From Malacoraja senta (taxonomy: Eukaryota), in contig JAXLNO010000220.1 of the NCBI GenBank assembly GCA_038087875.1, positions 1 through 64,000 on the forward strand: 64,000 nucleotides of DNA. The letters are read 5' to 3'. Shown here piece by piece: positions 53,031 to 64,000 of the stretch; position 1 is the stretch's first letter, and every line of letters begins with the position of its first letter. A program made the translations under genes and the position numbers. Below the pieces are notes generated by a model. That model saw only the letters and a list, made by a program, of their open reading frames with translations. It ran no database searches and had not been told where the DNA came from.

Positions 53031-53542
53031 TCATTCAACATGCTTAAAGGAAAAAGAAAAAAACTTCCCAAAGAACCGTTTAGTCTCCGTATTTTGATAT
53101 CTTGATGAATATTGAAAATTAGAACATTTCTACTAACTGCTTACTTTAAAAACAAAATAGAACACACCCACTATAACAGGCTTGGTCCCAGCTTTTGACT
53201 CTCAAACCCACACAAGGGTAGAATTCTAAGAGATTTTGTTGGATTTCTTTGATGCACTGATGAAAATAAACCAAACTCATTCCCATACCATGTTGGGGGA
53301 GCCACCATTTATAGTTTAACTCAAAACCTGCTCAGCTCAGAGAAATCTGATAAACAATTTAACGAAGAGGTGGATTTGTTGAAGAGTCACCTTAAACCCA
53401 AAGCCAAGCCAAGGCCCATGCTTGAATCACCATTAATAACACCTAACAAACATAGCTAGGTATGTAGCTGAACTGTAATTACGGCAATAAATCCTCTCAG
53501 ATGCAACAGGACAGATAAATGTGTGCAATCAATGAAGACTAA

Positions 53543-53767
53543 AGGGCCTGTCCCACTTGGGAGTCATTTGCGCCATGCAGGTGGCACCCGAATGTTTTGT
53601 GAATCCCCAAATCCTGGGGCGCCGCGCGCAACCGCGCATCACTGCCTACGCCACCACGCACCATGCGCGCGCGTAATGCATGCCATGCACGTGTCACATG
53701 CGCATCATGACACGCGCGTCGTGACGCGTAAATGACGCGCAAATGACGCCCAAGTGGGGCAGGCCCT
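53543..53767. mobile_element. Harbinger-type MITE
   Basis: TIR agggcctgtcccacttggg / cccaagtggggcaggccct; TAA TSD. Confidence 0.88.
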
Positions 53768-53789
53768 TAAGTTCAGAGGCTGTTGCTGT

Positions 53790-54172
53790 CATAGAAACAT
53801 AGAAACATAGAAAATAGGTGCAGGAGTAGGCCATTCGGCCCTTCGAGCCTGCACCGCCATTCAATATGATCATGGCTGATCATCCAACTCAGTATCCTGT
53901 ACCTGCCTTCTCTCCATACCCCCTGATCCCTTTAGCCACAAGGGCCACATCTAACTCCCACTTAAATATAACCAATGAACTGGCCTCAACTACCTTCTGT
54001 GGCAGAGAATTCCAGAGATTCACCACTCTCTGTGTGAAAAATGTTTTTCTCATCTCGGTCCTAAAAGATTTCCCCCTTATCCTTAAACTGTGACCCCTTG
54101 TTCTGGACTTCCCCAACATCGGGAACAATCTTCCTGCATCTAGCCTGTCCAACCCCTTAAGAATGTTGTAAG
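53790..54172 (-). mobile_element. CR1 3' fragment
   Basis: ORF 53889-54152. Confidence 0.9.
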
Positions 54173-54632
54173 TTCAGAGTTAATGTAATCTTTCAGAACA
54201 CACAGAAAAACATCCAGGGAGTGGAATCAATAACTGTGAACCTGAAGGGCTTGCAAGTAAGGCCACCTGTTCCATGTATTGCATGAACGTGGAATAAATC
54301 TCAAAGCACACTATATTCTGAAGCATTCAAAGCATTGTTTTATAGAGATAAATGATGCTTATTTCCACTGTCACATCATGAAAAAGTGTTCGGCAAAGCA
54401 TAAAGTTAAGTATACAAAATTTGAATTAAAAGAAAATGTCTGAATTTTCCACCGTTGTCATTAGAAGACTATCATGTAGAGGAAGTACCAACAATGTCAT
54501 GTGGTTGATTTAACTGAAGTAGAACCATTCATTATAGTCAGGAAGATGAATGGCAATGTTACACACCAGTGAACCAGACAGTGTTCAGCTGGGTGGGGAG
54601 AGTGGCTGTGGTGTCAGAAAACACTTCAACAC

Positions 54633-54953
54633 TTTAGTTCAGTTTAGTTTAGAGAGACAGCGCAGAAACAGGCCCTTTGGCCCACCGCGTCCGCACTGAC
54701 CAGCGATCCCAGCACACAAACACTATCCAACACACACTAGGGACAGTCTACACTTACGCCAAGCCAATTAGCCTACAAACCTGTACGTCTTTGGGGTGTG
54801 GGAGGAAACTGGAGATCTCGGAGAAAACCCACGCGGTCACGGGGAGAACGTACAAACTCCGTACATACAGCACCCGTAAGTCGGGACCGAACCCGGGTAT
54901 CAGGGGCTGCAAGCGCTGGAAGGCAGCAACTCTACCGCTGCGCCACCGTGCCG
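54633..54953 (-). mobile_element. HE1/V-SINE
   Basis: Family match. Confidence 0.9.
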
Positions 54954-55204
54954 CTTATTTTCCCCTTCACTCCACCCCATTGTACTCGAGTTTGGCTTGG
55001 TTGTATTTATGCAGAGTATTATCTGATTTTGATTGGAATAGCATGCAAAACGGAGCTAATTTACAGTACCTGGGCGCCTGTGACAATAAAAGCAAATCTA
55101 AACTTAAAAATGCACTGAAATCTAAAAACCCCGTACAGGTGAAAGCATTTGACCAGTTGGAGTGGTTGATGTGACAGTGAAATATCAGATAGGGTAAAAC
55201 AATA

Positions 55205-55790
55205 CTTGTCCCTTCACCTCCCCCCTCGATTCCATTCAAGGACCCAAGCAGTCGTTCCAGGTGCGACAGAGGTTCACCTGCATCTCCTCCAACCTCATCT
55301 ATTGCATCCGCTGCTCTATATGCCAGCTGATCTACATCGGTGAGACCAAGCGGAGGCTTGGCGATCGTTTCGCCGAACACCTCCGCTCGGTCCACAATAA
55401 CCTACCTGACCTCCCGGTGGCTCAGCACTTCAACTCCCCCTCCCATTCCGTATCTGACCTCTCTGTCCTGGGTCTCCTCCATGGCCACAGCGAGCAACAC
55501 CAGAAATTGGAGGAATTGCACCTCATATTGGGCAGTCTACATCCTGGGGGCATGAACATTGAATTCTCCCAATTCTGCTAGCACTTGCTGTCCCCTCCCC
55601 TTCATCAGCCCTCTGGTTGTCTCCTCCCCTCCCCCAGCCCTCGGGCTCCTCCTCCGCCTTTTCCTTTTTTCCTTTCTTCTCCCCACCCCCTATCAGTCTG
55701 AAGAAGGGTTTCGGCCCGAAACGTTGCCTATTTCCTTCGCTCCATAGATGCTGCTGCACCCGCTGAGTTTCTCCAGCATTTTTGTGTATC
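55205..55790 (+). mobile_element. Penelope-like element 3' part: GIY-YIG endonuclease plus hammerhead terminal repeat
   Basis: FTCISSNLIYCIRCSICQLIYIGETKRRLGDRFAEH; core CTGAAGAagggtttcggcccGAAACGTT at 55698-55725. Confidence 0.9.
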
Positions 55791-55974
55791 ACAGGTATTG
55801 TTGCTAGCTCTGGCCAAACCTTTTAGGAAGAGGCAGACTGAAATAAATTCCCTTACATTGGAGAAACATTCACAACTTTCTCCACACAGAGGGTGACGGC
55901 TATATAGAATGAGATGCCAGATGCAATAGTTGAGGGTGGTATGAAAGGGCTCTTAGGGTCAACAGAGTCCAGGG

Positions 55975-56422
55975 ATAGGGGGAGAAAGCAGGAACAGGGT
56001 ACTAATTTTAGATGATTTAGAAGGATGAGAGGATTTCTTATAGAACCATATAAAATTCTTAAGGGATTGGACAGGCTAGAACCAGGAAAAATGTTCCCGA
56101 TGATGGGGAAGTCCAGAACCAGGGGTCACAGTTTAAGAAGAAGAGGTAGGCCATTTTGGACTGAGATGAGGAAAAACATCTTCACCCAGAGAGTTGTGAA
56201 TCTGTGGAAGTCTCTGCCACAGAAGGCAGTGGAGACCAATTCACTGGATGTTTTCAAGAGAGAGTTAGATATAGCTCTTAGGGCTAACGGAATCAAGGGA
56301 TTATGGGGGAAAAAGCAGGAACGGGGTACTGATTTTGGATGATCAGCCATGATCATATTGAATGGCGGTGCTGCTCGAAGGGCCGAATGGCCTACTCCTG
56401 CACCTATTTTCTATGTTTCTAT
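55975..56422 (+). mobile_element. CR1 3' fragment
   Basis: ORF 56025-56342. Confidence 0.88.
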
Positions 56423-56649
56423 AACAACATTTAAACTTCACTTGGCAGGTATATGTGGATAGGAAAGAATTAAAAGTGATGTGGGTCAGGTGCAGGCAAA
56501 TGGGACTAGGTTGGATGCTGCACCTTTGTCAGCATGTATGCATTTGACCAAAGAGCCTGGATTCATACTAATTGACAGGCATCTCACGTAGAATATAATC
56601 CAACCTGGTAGATTCCCTGGATGGGCTGCACTCATTCTGCTATTTTTAT

Positions 56650-56943
56650 TTTTAGTTTAGTTGAGAGATACAGCGGGGAACCAGGCCCTTTGGTCCACGC
56701 CGACCAGCGATCCCGCACACTCACGCTATCCTACACACACTGGGGACAATTTACAATTATACCAGCCAATTAGCCTACAGACCTGTACGTCTGTGGAGTC
56801 CTGGGAGGAAACCGGAGAAAACCCATGCAGGTCACGGGGAGAACATACAAACTCCGCATGGACAAGCGGCCCGTATTGGCTGGATCAAACCCGGGTCTCT
56901 GGCGCTGTAAGGCAGCAACTTTACCACTGTGCCACCGTCCACC
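56650..56943 (-). mobile_element. HE1/V-SINE
   Basis: Family match. Confidence 0.85.
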
Positions 56944-58327
56944 CATGGTGGATTAATAATCTAGGATTCACGGAGATTACAACTAACTGTTAACCTTGAA
57001 ACAATATTTCATTCCTGGAACAGGGGAACCATTTTCAGAAACAAGCAGCAATTACGGAAAAAGGACGCGAGGCACACTTGGACTGAAAGCAAAAGCTTTT
57101 TTGATGTACTCTTCTTCAATGGGCTGAGGAGGGAGAGATAGATCAGCCATGATTGAATGGCGGAGTGGACGTGATGGGCCGTAGGCCTAATTCTACTCCT
57201 ATCACAAGATGTTATGAACTCAACAAGAGAGTTGATTTAAACTTGTGATGGCTCACTGTACAGTTCCGGTGCCGTCTTGTCTCAATGGATGCAGGGCTGG
57301 CAACATTGGGTGAGAGTTGAGAGTGAGAAATTGCAAGGGAGTGTAGCGACCGAGGGGGAGGGTGTGGGAGTGGGGTGTCCTCCCTCCCACGGTAGGGAGC
57401 TTTCGCATTTTTCAGCTTGAAATTGTACAATCTGGTGCATACTGTAGCGAGTCTTTTAACTTACACTTGAGTGCAACATTTATGCTTTAAATTGGATTAG
57501 GTATGAATAAGGTTAAGCTAAATTACATTCCTAATTACATTCCACAATAGAGCCAGGCTCTGATCAACAGGTGCAGCACATGAATGACCTTAGTATATTC
57601 ATGTATGGAAATCAGATTATAATTCATGCTGTTATGCATATATATATAGAGAGAAAAAAAGAGAAACAAGGCAAGAGTTGGACTTCCATCACTGTTCTGC
57701 ACAAATAAATCAATCAACCTTACCCTTTGACTATTGAATTGAATTGAATTAGACTTTATTAATCCCCTTATTCTGGGGAAATTCAGATGTCCAGACTATA
57801 GAAACAAGACAAAAATAATGCCACATATTCAATTGTATATGGTTCAATGAAATTAAGATATATATGTAAAACATATATATGGAAACAGGCCCTTCAGCCC
57901 ACCAAGTCCACACCGACCAGCAATCTATCATACACCAATTCCATCCTACACGCCGGGGAAAATTTACAGAAGCCAATTAACCTACAAACCTGCACTTCTT
58001 TCGGATATGGGAGAAACCGGAATATCCAGAGAAAAACCAGCAACTCTATCGCTGCGCCACCGTGCCACCCCATTACATTCTATTTTTCTGTAATATATTT
58101 ATTATGGTGTCACGTGAATAAAGATGATCACATGATTCTGATTTCTGCCCTTAGTTGGATAACGCACATCTCCAGTCATTGTGTTTTATGGCTGGTTTTC
58201 AACCTCTTCAGTCTGAAACATCGACCCGAAACATCACCCATTCTTTCTCTCCAGAGATGCTGCCTGTCCTGCTGAGTTTTACTAGTTTGTAGTGTCTATC
58301 TTCAGTTTAAACCAGCATCTGCAGTTC

Positions 58328-58792
58328 CCGGGATGGCGGAACTGTCATATGCTGAGAGAATGGAGCAGCTGGGCTTGTACACTCTGGAGTTTAGAAGGAT
58401 GAGAGGGGATCTCATTGAAACATATAAGAATGTTAAGGGCTTGGAAACGCTAGAGGCAGGAAACATGTTCCCGATGTTGGGGGAAGTCCAGAACCAGGGG
58501 CCACAGTTTAAGAATAAGGAGTAAGCCATTTAGAACGGAGACGAGGAAACACTTTTTCTCACAGAGAGTGGTGAGTCTGTGGAATTCTATGCCTCAGAGG
58601 GCAGTGGTGGTGGGTTCGCTGGATGCTTTCAAGAGAGAGCCAGATAGGGCTCTTAAAAATAGCGGAGTCAGGGGAGATGGGGAGAAGGCAGGATCGGGGT
58701 ACTGATTGGGGATGATCAGCCATGATCACGTTGAATGGCGGTGCTGGCTCGAAGGGCCGAATGGCCTACTCCTGCACCTATTGTCTATTGTC
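58328..58792 (+). mobile_element. CR1 3' fragment inserted in the tail of a hammerhead-family element (58208-58801)
   Basis: gcagttcc|CR1|ttcctacac. Confidence 0.8.
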
Positions 58793-59115
58793 TTCCTACA
58801 CTCTTAGTTAAGCGAAACAGGTCCTATTCTCATAATATTATTCATCTCAAATAAATATTTTCTTCACCTCCGTTGCTGCAGAGAATACAATCCCAGTTAT
58901 CAAATCTTTCTTCAAAGTGAAAAAAAAAATTCAAGCCCTGCCAACATCTTCATAAATTACCCCTGGATCCTCTCCAGAGCAATTGCACCCTTTCTACAAT
59001 GTGTCATAGTCTTACAGCATGGAAACAGGCCCTTCATCCCAACTTGTTCATGCAGATCAAGATGCCCCATCTAAACTAGTCCCATTTATCCACATTTGGC
59101 CCATATCCCTTTAAC

Positions 59116-59693
59116 CTGGAGACCACACCTGGAGTATTGCGTACAGTTTTGGTCTCCTAATCTGAGGAAAGACATTCTTGCCATAGAGGGAGTACAGAGA
59201 AGGATCACCAAACTGATTCCTGGGATGGCAGGACTTTCATATGAAGAAAGACTGGATAGACTCGGCTTGTACTCGCTAGAATTTAGAAGAGTGAGGGGGG
59301 ATCTTATAGAAACTTACAACATTCTTAAGGGGTTGGAGCAGGAAGATTAGATGCAGGAAGATTATTCCCGATGTTGGGGAAGTCCAGAACAAGGGGTCAC
59401 AGTTTAAGGATAAAGGGGAAGTCTTTTAGGACCGAGATGAGAAAATCATTTTTCACACAGAGAGTGGTGAATCTGTGGAATTCTCTGCCACAGAAGGTAG
59501 TTGAGGCCAGTTCATTGGCTATATTTAAGAGGGAGTTAGATGTGGCCCTTGTGGCTAAAGGGATCAGGGGGTATGTAGAGAAGGCAGGTACAGGATACTG
59601 AGTTGGATGATTAGCCATGATCATATTGAATGGCGGTGCAGGCTCGAAGGGCCGAATGGCCTACTCCTGCACCTATTTTCTATGTTTCTATGT
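59116..59693 (+). mobile_element. CR1 3' fragment
   Basis: ORFs 59096-59350 and 59371-59601. Confidence 0.9.
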
Positions 59694-61249
59694 AACCTTG
59701 TGTGTGCCAGTGTGTGTGTGAGAGTTTGTCAGTGAAGCAACGACAACGTCCGGTGTGAGCAGAGACTTGGCGATGCCCCCCCCCCCCACTGGGAATGCGG
59801 GCCGGCCCAGGTGCTCTGTGTCCAGCTCTGGGTCCGGGGGAGGTGAGGGTCAGTGACCCGGGGGTCGGGCATCGGAGCGGAGCCTGAGCCCGAGATTCAT
59901 CCCCGTGGCTCCGGAGGCGGCACCGACGCCCCATTCATCCGGTCCGCTCCTGGCTCCGGGCCGGGGTTAAAACTCCACGGGGTGTGGACAGAGCGAGCGG
60001 CTGACGGACACAGAGCCGCCGGAGGTGAGGGTGGCAGGTGTGAGCGGTGCCTCGGGGGGGGGGAGTGAGGTAGTTGTTGGGACCACCGCCGTATCTCACC
60101 TATCACACCGGCGCTGAACAACATCGCGGAGTCCTGGGGCCCTTTGCCGAGGGCCGCCAACGTTGCATCTCCGCCCAGCGCGGCCAGCGGACCTTGGGAG
60201 CCGCGGACTCCGGTAGGAGGTGGCCGACTCGGATGACCAGGCCGCTGAGGAGGTCCCCCAGCCGCGACGTCGGACTTACATCGGGCCGCCCGTATGTAAA
60301 CTACTTCCCCCCCCCCCCCAAAATCATCCCACGGGCCGGTAGTTTGACAGCCCTGCTTTAAACCAATGCCCTCTAGTTCTTGAATCACATATCACGGGAA
60401 ATAGACTATGCATTCACCTTATGTCCCCCTCGTGGTTTTTACTCGCCTCTAAAACAATTTTTGCTTTATTTTGAACTTCCAGCACCTGCAGATTTTTCAG
60501 CGTGACAAATTTGAGATCAGCGTGAGAGCGTGAGAATTTTGTGAAATGCATGACTCTCATGCTCAATGCGTGAGAGTTGGCAGCCCTGCTAATGATTCAA
60601 ACATTTTTATGCAAGTTCCAATTGTTTGGACAAAAATCACTTATTACTGCTATATAAGTTAAGTTACTTTAAGACCATTTCAGAAATTATGGCAGTCAAC
60701 TAACAATCAACTAACAAATTAAAGCAAACTAAAAAAAAAATAACATGTTCCCTTTCCTGACTACCTCATAAGTACTTTAACGCTGTTAACAGCGCAAAGG
60801 GATATTAATCTCAAGAATCAAAATGGGGAAAGTGAGGACAATTTTGCTTCAATGATAATTCTAAGCCCATTCAGATCTGCATAGAGTCAGAGTTATACAA
60901 CATGTACATGGCTGGCCCAATTTGTCCATACTGATCAAGTTGGCATTCTGCGTGCCCTGGGACTGGCTGCAGTTCCCAGATCAGCTCGCGTCCCAGGAAC
61001 TGGCTGCAGTTCCCAGGTTGGCTCGCCTGCCCCGACCCCGCGAAAACGAATTGGAAAAAAAATACGCAGATTTTCGGGTTACGGGCCGGATTCGGCCCGT
61101 CTGCCGTAGGTTGCCGAACCCTGTCCTAGATATTTGGCCTCTTTGTGGTACATAGATACATAGATACATAGAAATTAGGTGCAGGAGTAGGCCATTCGGC
61201 CCTTCGAGCCTGCACCGCCATTCAATACGATCATGGCTGATCATCCAAC

Positions 61250-64000
61250 TCAGTATCCCGTACCTGCCTTCTCTCCATACCCCCTGATCCCTTTAGCCAC
61301 AAGGGCCACATCTAATTCCCTCTTAAATATAGCCAATGAACTGGCCTCAACTACCCTCTGTGGCAGAGAGTTCCAGAGATTCACCACTCTCTGTGTGAAA
61401 AAGTTTTTCCTCATCTCGGTCTTAAAGGATTTTCCCCTTATCCTTAAGCTGTGACCCCTTGTCCTGGACTTCCCCAACATCGGGAACAATCTTCCTGCAT
61501 CTAGCCTGTCCAACCCCATAAGAATCTTGTACGTTTCTATAAGATCCCCTCTCAATCTCCTAAATTCTAGCGAGTATAAGCCAAGTCTATCCAGTCTTTC
61601 TTCATATGAAAGTCCTGACATCCCAGGAATCAGTCTGGTGAACCTTCTCTGCACTCCCTCTATGGCTATAATGTCCTTCCTCAGATTTGGAGACCAAAAC
61701 TGTACGCAATACTCCAGGTGTGGTCTCACCAAGACCCTGTACAACTGCAGTAGAACCTCACTGCTCCTATACTCAAATCCTCTTGCTATGAAGGCCAACA
61801 TACCATTCGCTTTCTTCACTGCCTGCTGCACCTGCATGCCTACTTTCAATGACTGGTGTACCATGACACCCAGGTCTCGCTGCATCTCCCCATTTCCTAA
61901 TCGGCCACCATTTAGATAATAGTCTGCCTTCCCGTTTTTGCTACCAAAGTGGATAACCTCACATTTATCCACATTATACTGCATCTGCCAAACATTTGCC
62001 CACTCACCCAGCCTATCCAAGTCACCTTGCAGTCTCCTAGCATCCTCCTCACAGCTAACACTGCCCCCCAGCTTAGTGTCATCCGCAAACTTGGAGATGC
62101 TGCTTTCAATTCCCTCGTCCAGATCATTAATATAAATTGTAAATAGCTGGGGTCCCAGCACTGAGCCTTGTGGTACCCCACTAGTCACTGCCTGCCATTG
62201 TGAAAAGGACCCGTTTACTCCTACTCTTTGCTTCCTGTTTGCCAGCCAGTTCTCTATCCACATCAATACTGAACCCCCAATACCGTGTGATTTAAGTTTG
62301 TATCCTAATCTCTTATGTGGTACCTTGTCGAAAGCCTTCTGAAAGTCCAGATACAACACATCCACTGGTTCTCCCCTATCCACTCTACTAGTTACATCCT
62401 CGAAAAATTCTATAAGATTCGTCAGACACGATTTACCTTTCGTAAATCCATGCTGACTTTGTCCAATGATTTCACCACTTTCCAAATGTGCTGCTATCCC
62501 ATCTTTAATAACTGACTCTAGCAGTTTCCCCACTACCGATGTTAGACTAACTGGTCTGTAATTCCCCGTTTTCTCTCTCCCTCCCTTCTTAAAAAGTGGG
62601 GTTACGTTTGCTACCCTCCAATCCTCAGGAACTACTCCAGAATCTAAAGAGTTTTGAAAAATTATCACTAATGCATCCACTATTTCTGGAGCTACTTCCT
62701 TAAGTACTCTGGGATGCAGCCTATCTGGCCCTGGTGATTTATCGGCCTTTAATCCATTCAATTTACCCAACACCACTTCCCGACTAACCTGGATTTCACT
62801 CAGTTCCTCCATCTCCTTTGACCCGCGGCCCCCTGCTATTTCCGGCAGATTATTTATGTCTTCCTTAGTGAAGACGGAACCAAAGTAGTTATTCAATTGG
62901 TCTGCCATATCCTTGTTCCCCATGATCAATTCACCTGTTTCTGACTGCAAGGGACCTACATTTGATTTAACTAATCTCTTTCTCTTCACATATCTATAAA
63001 AACTTTTGCAGTCAGTTTTTATGTTCCCTGCCAGTTTCCTTTCATAATCTATTTTCCCTTTCCTAATTAAGCCCTTTGTCCTCCTCTGCTGGTCTCTGAA
63101 TTTCTCCCAGTCCTCTGGTATGCTGCTTTTTCTGGCTAATTTGTACGCATCATCTTTTGCTTTGATACTATCCCTGATTTCCCTTGTTATCCACGGATGC
63201 ACTACCTTCCTTGATTTATTCTTTTGCCAAACTGGGATGAACAATTTTTGTAGTTCATCCATGCAGTCTTTAAATGCCTTCCATTGCATATCCACCGTCA
63301 ACCCTTTTAGAACTAATTGCCAGTCAATCTTGGCCAATTCATGTCTCATACCCTCAAAGTTACCTTTCTTTAAGTTCAGAACCGTTGTTTCTGAATTAAC
63401 AATGTCACTCTCCATCCTAATGAAGAACTCAACCATATTATGATCACTCTTGCCCAAGGGGGCACGCACAACGAGTCTGCTAACTAACCCTTCCTCATTA
63501 CTCAAAACCCAGTCTAGAATAGCCTGCTCTCTCGTTGGTTCCTCTACATGTTGGTTTAGATAACTATCCCTCATACATTCCAAGAAATCCTCTTCCTCAG
63601 CACCCCTGCCAATTTGATTCACCCAATCTATATGTAGATTGAAGTCACCCATTATAACTGTTTTGCCTTTGTTGCACGCATTTCTAATTTCCTGTTTGAT
63701 GCCATCCCCAACTTCACTACTACTGCTAGGTGGCCTGTACACAACGCCCACCAGCGTTTTCTGCCCCTTAGTGTTTCGCAGCTCTACCCATACCGATTCC
63801 ACATCCTCCAAGCTAATGTCCTTCCTTTCCACTGCGTTAATCTCCTCTCTAACCAGCAACGCCACCCCACCTCCTTTTCCTTTCTCTCTATCCCTCCTGA
63901 ATATTGAATATCCCTGGATGTTCAGCTCCCAGCCTTGGTCACCTTGGAGCCATGTCTCCGTGATCCCAACTATATCATAATCATTAATTGCTATCTGCAC
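61250..64000 (-). CDS. CR1 LINE ORF2 (APE endonuclease plus reverse transcriptase), open, continues beyond the window
   Basis: 916 aa uninterrupted: ITETWL, GGGVALL, YRPP, GDFN, SDH (APE); KSPGPD, NYRPVSLTS, QGSVLGP, FADD (RT); 3' UTR 61150-61249. Confidence 0.97.
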   Translation of the reverse strand: MQIAINDYDIVGITETWLQGDQGWELNIQGYSIFRRDREKGKGGGVALLVREEINAVERKDISLEDVESVWVELRNTKGQKTLVGVVYRPPSSSSEVGDGIKQEIRNACNKGKTVIMGDFNLHIDWVNQIGRGAEEEDFLECMRDSYLNQHVEEPTREQAILDWVLSNEEGLVSRLVVRAPLGKSDHNMVEFFIRMESDIVNSETTVLNLKKGNFEGMRHELAKIDWQLVLKGLTVDMQWKAFKDCMDELQKLFIPVWQKNKSRKVVHPWITREIRDSIKAKDDAYKLARKSSIPEDWEKFRDQQRRTKGLIRKGKIDYERKLAGNIKTDCKSFYRYVKRKRLVKSNVGPLQSETGELIMGNKDMADQLNNYFGSVFTKEDINNLPEIAGGRGSKEMEELSEIQVSREVVLGKLNGLKADKSPGPDRLHPRVLKEVAPEIVDALVIIFQNSLDSGVVPEDWRVANVTPLFKKGGREKTGNYRPVSLTSVVGKLLESVIKDGIAAHLESGEIIGQSQHGFTKGKSCLTNLIEFFEDVTSRVDRGEPVDVLYLDFQKAFDKVPHKRLGYKLKSHGIGGSVLMWIENWLANRKQRVGVNGSFSQWQAVTSGVPQGSVLGPQLFTIYINDLDEGIESSISKFADDTKLGGSVSCEEDARRLQGDLDRLGEWANVWQMQYNVDKCEVIHFGSKNGKADYYLNGGRLGNGEMQRDLGVMVHQSLKVGMQVQQAVKKANGMLAFIARGFEYRSSEVLLQLYRVLVRPHLEYCVQFWSPNLRKDIIAIEGVQRRFTRLIPGMSGLSYEERLDRLGLYSLEFRRLRGDLIETYKILMGLDRLDAGRLFPMLGKSRTRGHSLRIRGKSFKTEMRKNFFTQRVVNLWNSLPQRVVEASSLAIFKRELDVALVAKGIRGYGEKAGTGY

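Larger units (their letters stand above)
53285..54565 (+). pseudogene. Decayed Gypsy-type gag(-protease) remnant, interrupted by a MITE and a CR1
   Basis: GGATIYSLTQNLLSSEKSDKQFNEEVDLLKSHLKPK..IARYVAEL; downstream VEPFIIVRKMNG. Confidence 0.55.

Noticed and set aside
57292..60588. A single 3.3-kb DNA transposon bounded by cagggctggcaac / gttggcagccctg
   Set aside because: No matching TSD; the interior is unrelated repeats and unique DNA
6161..63980. Recurring plus-strand ORFs (MIMADHPTQYPVP.., MYVSIRSPLNLL..)
   Set aside because: Antisense shadows of CR1 ORF2

Overview
Eukaryotic, repeat-saturated DNA. The repeat inventory (HE1/V-SINEs, many young CR1/HER1-type LINEs, Rex1/Babar, L2, Penelope-like, Tc1, Harbinger-type MITEs) points to a cartilaginous fish, probably a skate or ray (inference). 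No host gene is confidently identified; only weak exon candidates were seen. Nearly all long ORFs are retroelement or transposon ORFs. The main unexplained structure is a family of at least 12 short (~90-230 bp) non-coding insertions. They carry a minimal hammerhead-ribozyme core (CTGAAGA-A-stem II-GAAACGTY), have 7-15 bp target-site duplications (TSDs), often form head-to-head foldbacks, and share their sequence with the terminal repeat of GIY-YIG Penelope-like fragments in the same window. Other notable items: an RLE (HERO-like) retroelement flanked by a 90-bp duplication; six Harbinger-type MITEs with shared ends but different interiors; a Passport-like Tc1; a Helitron-like 3' end carrying minisatellites; an ~850-bp LINE-associated tandem duplication; and an open CR1 ORF2 at the right edge. 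Family names come from motif recognition, not database searches. Coordinates of degenerate elements are approximate.
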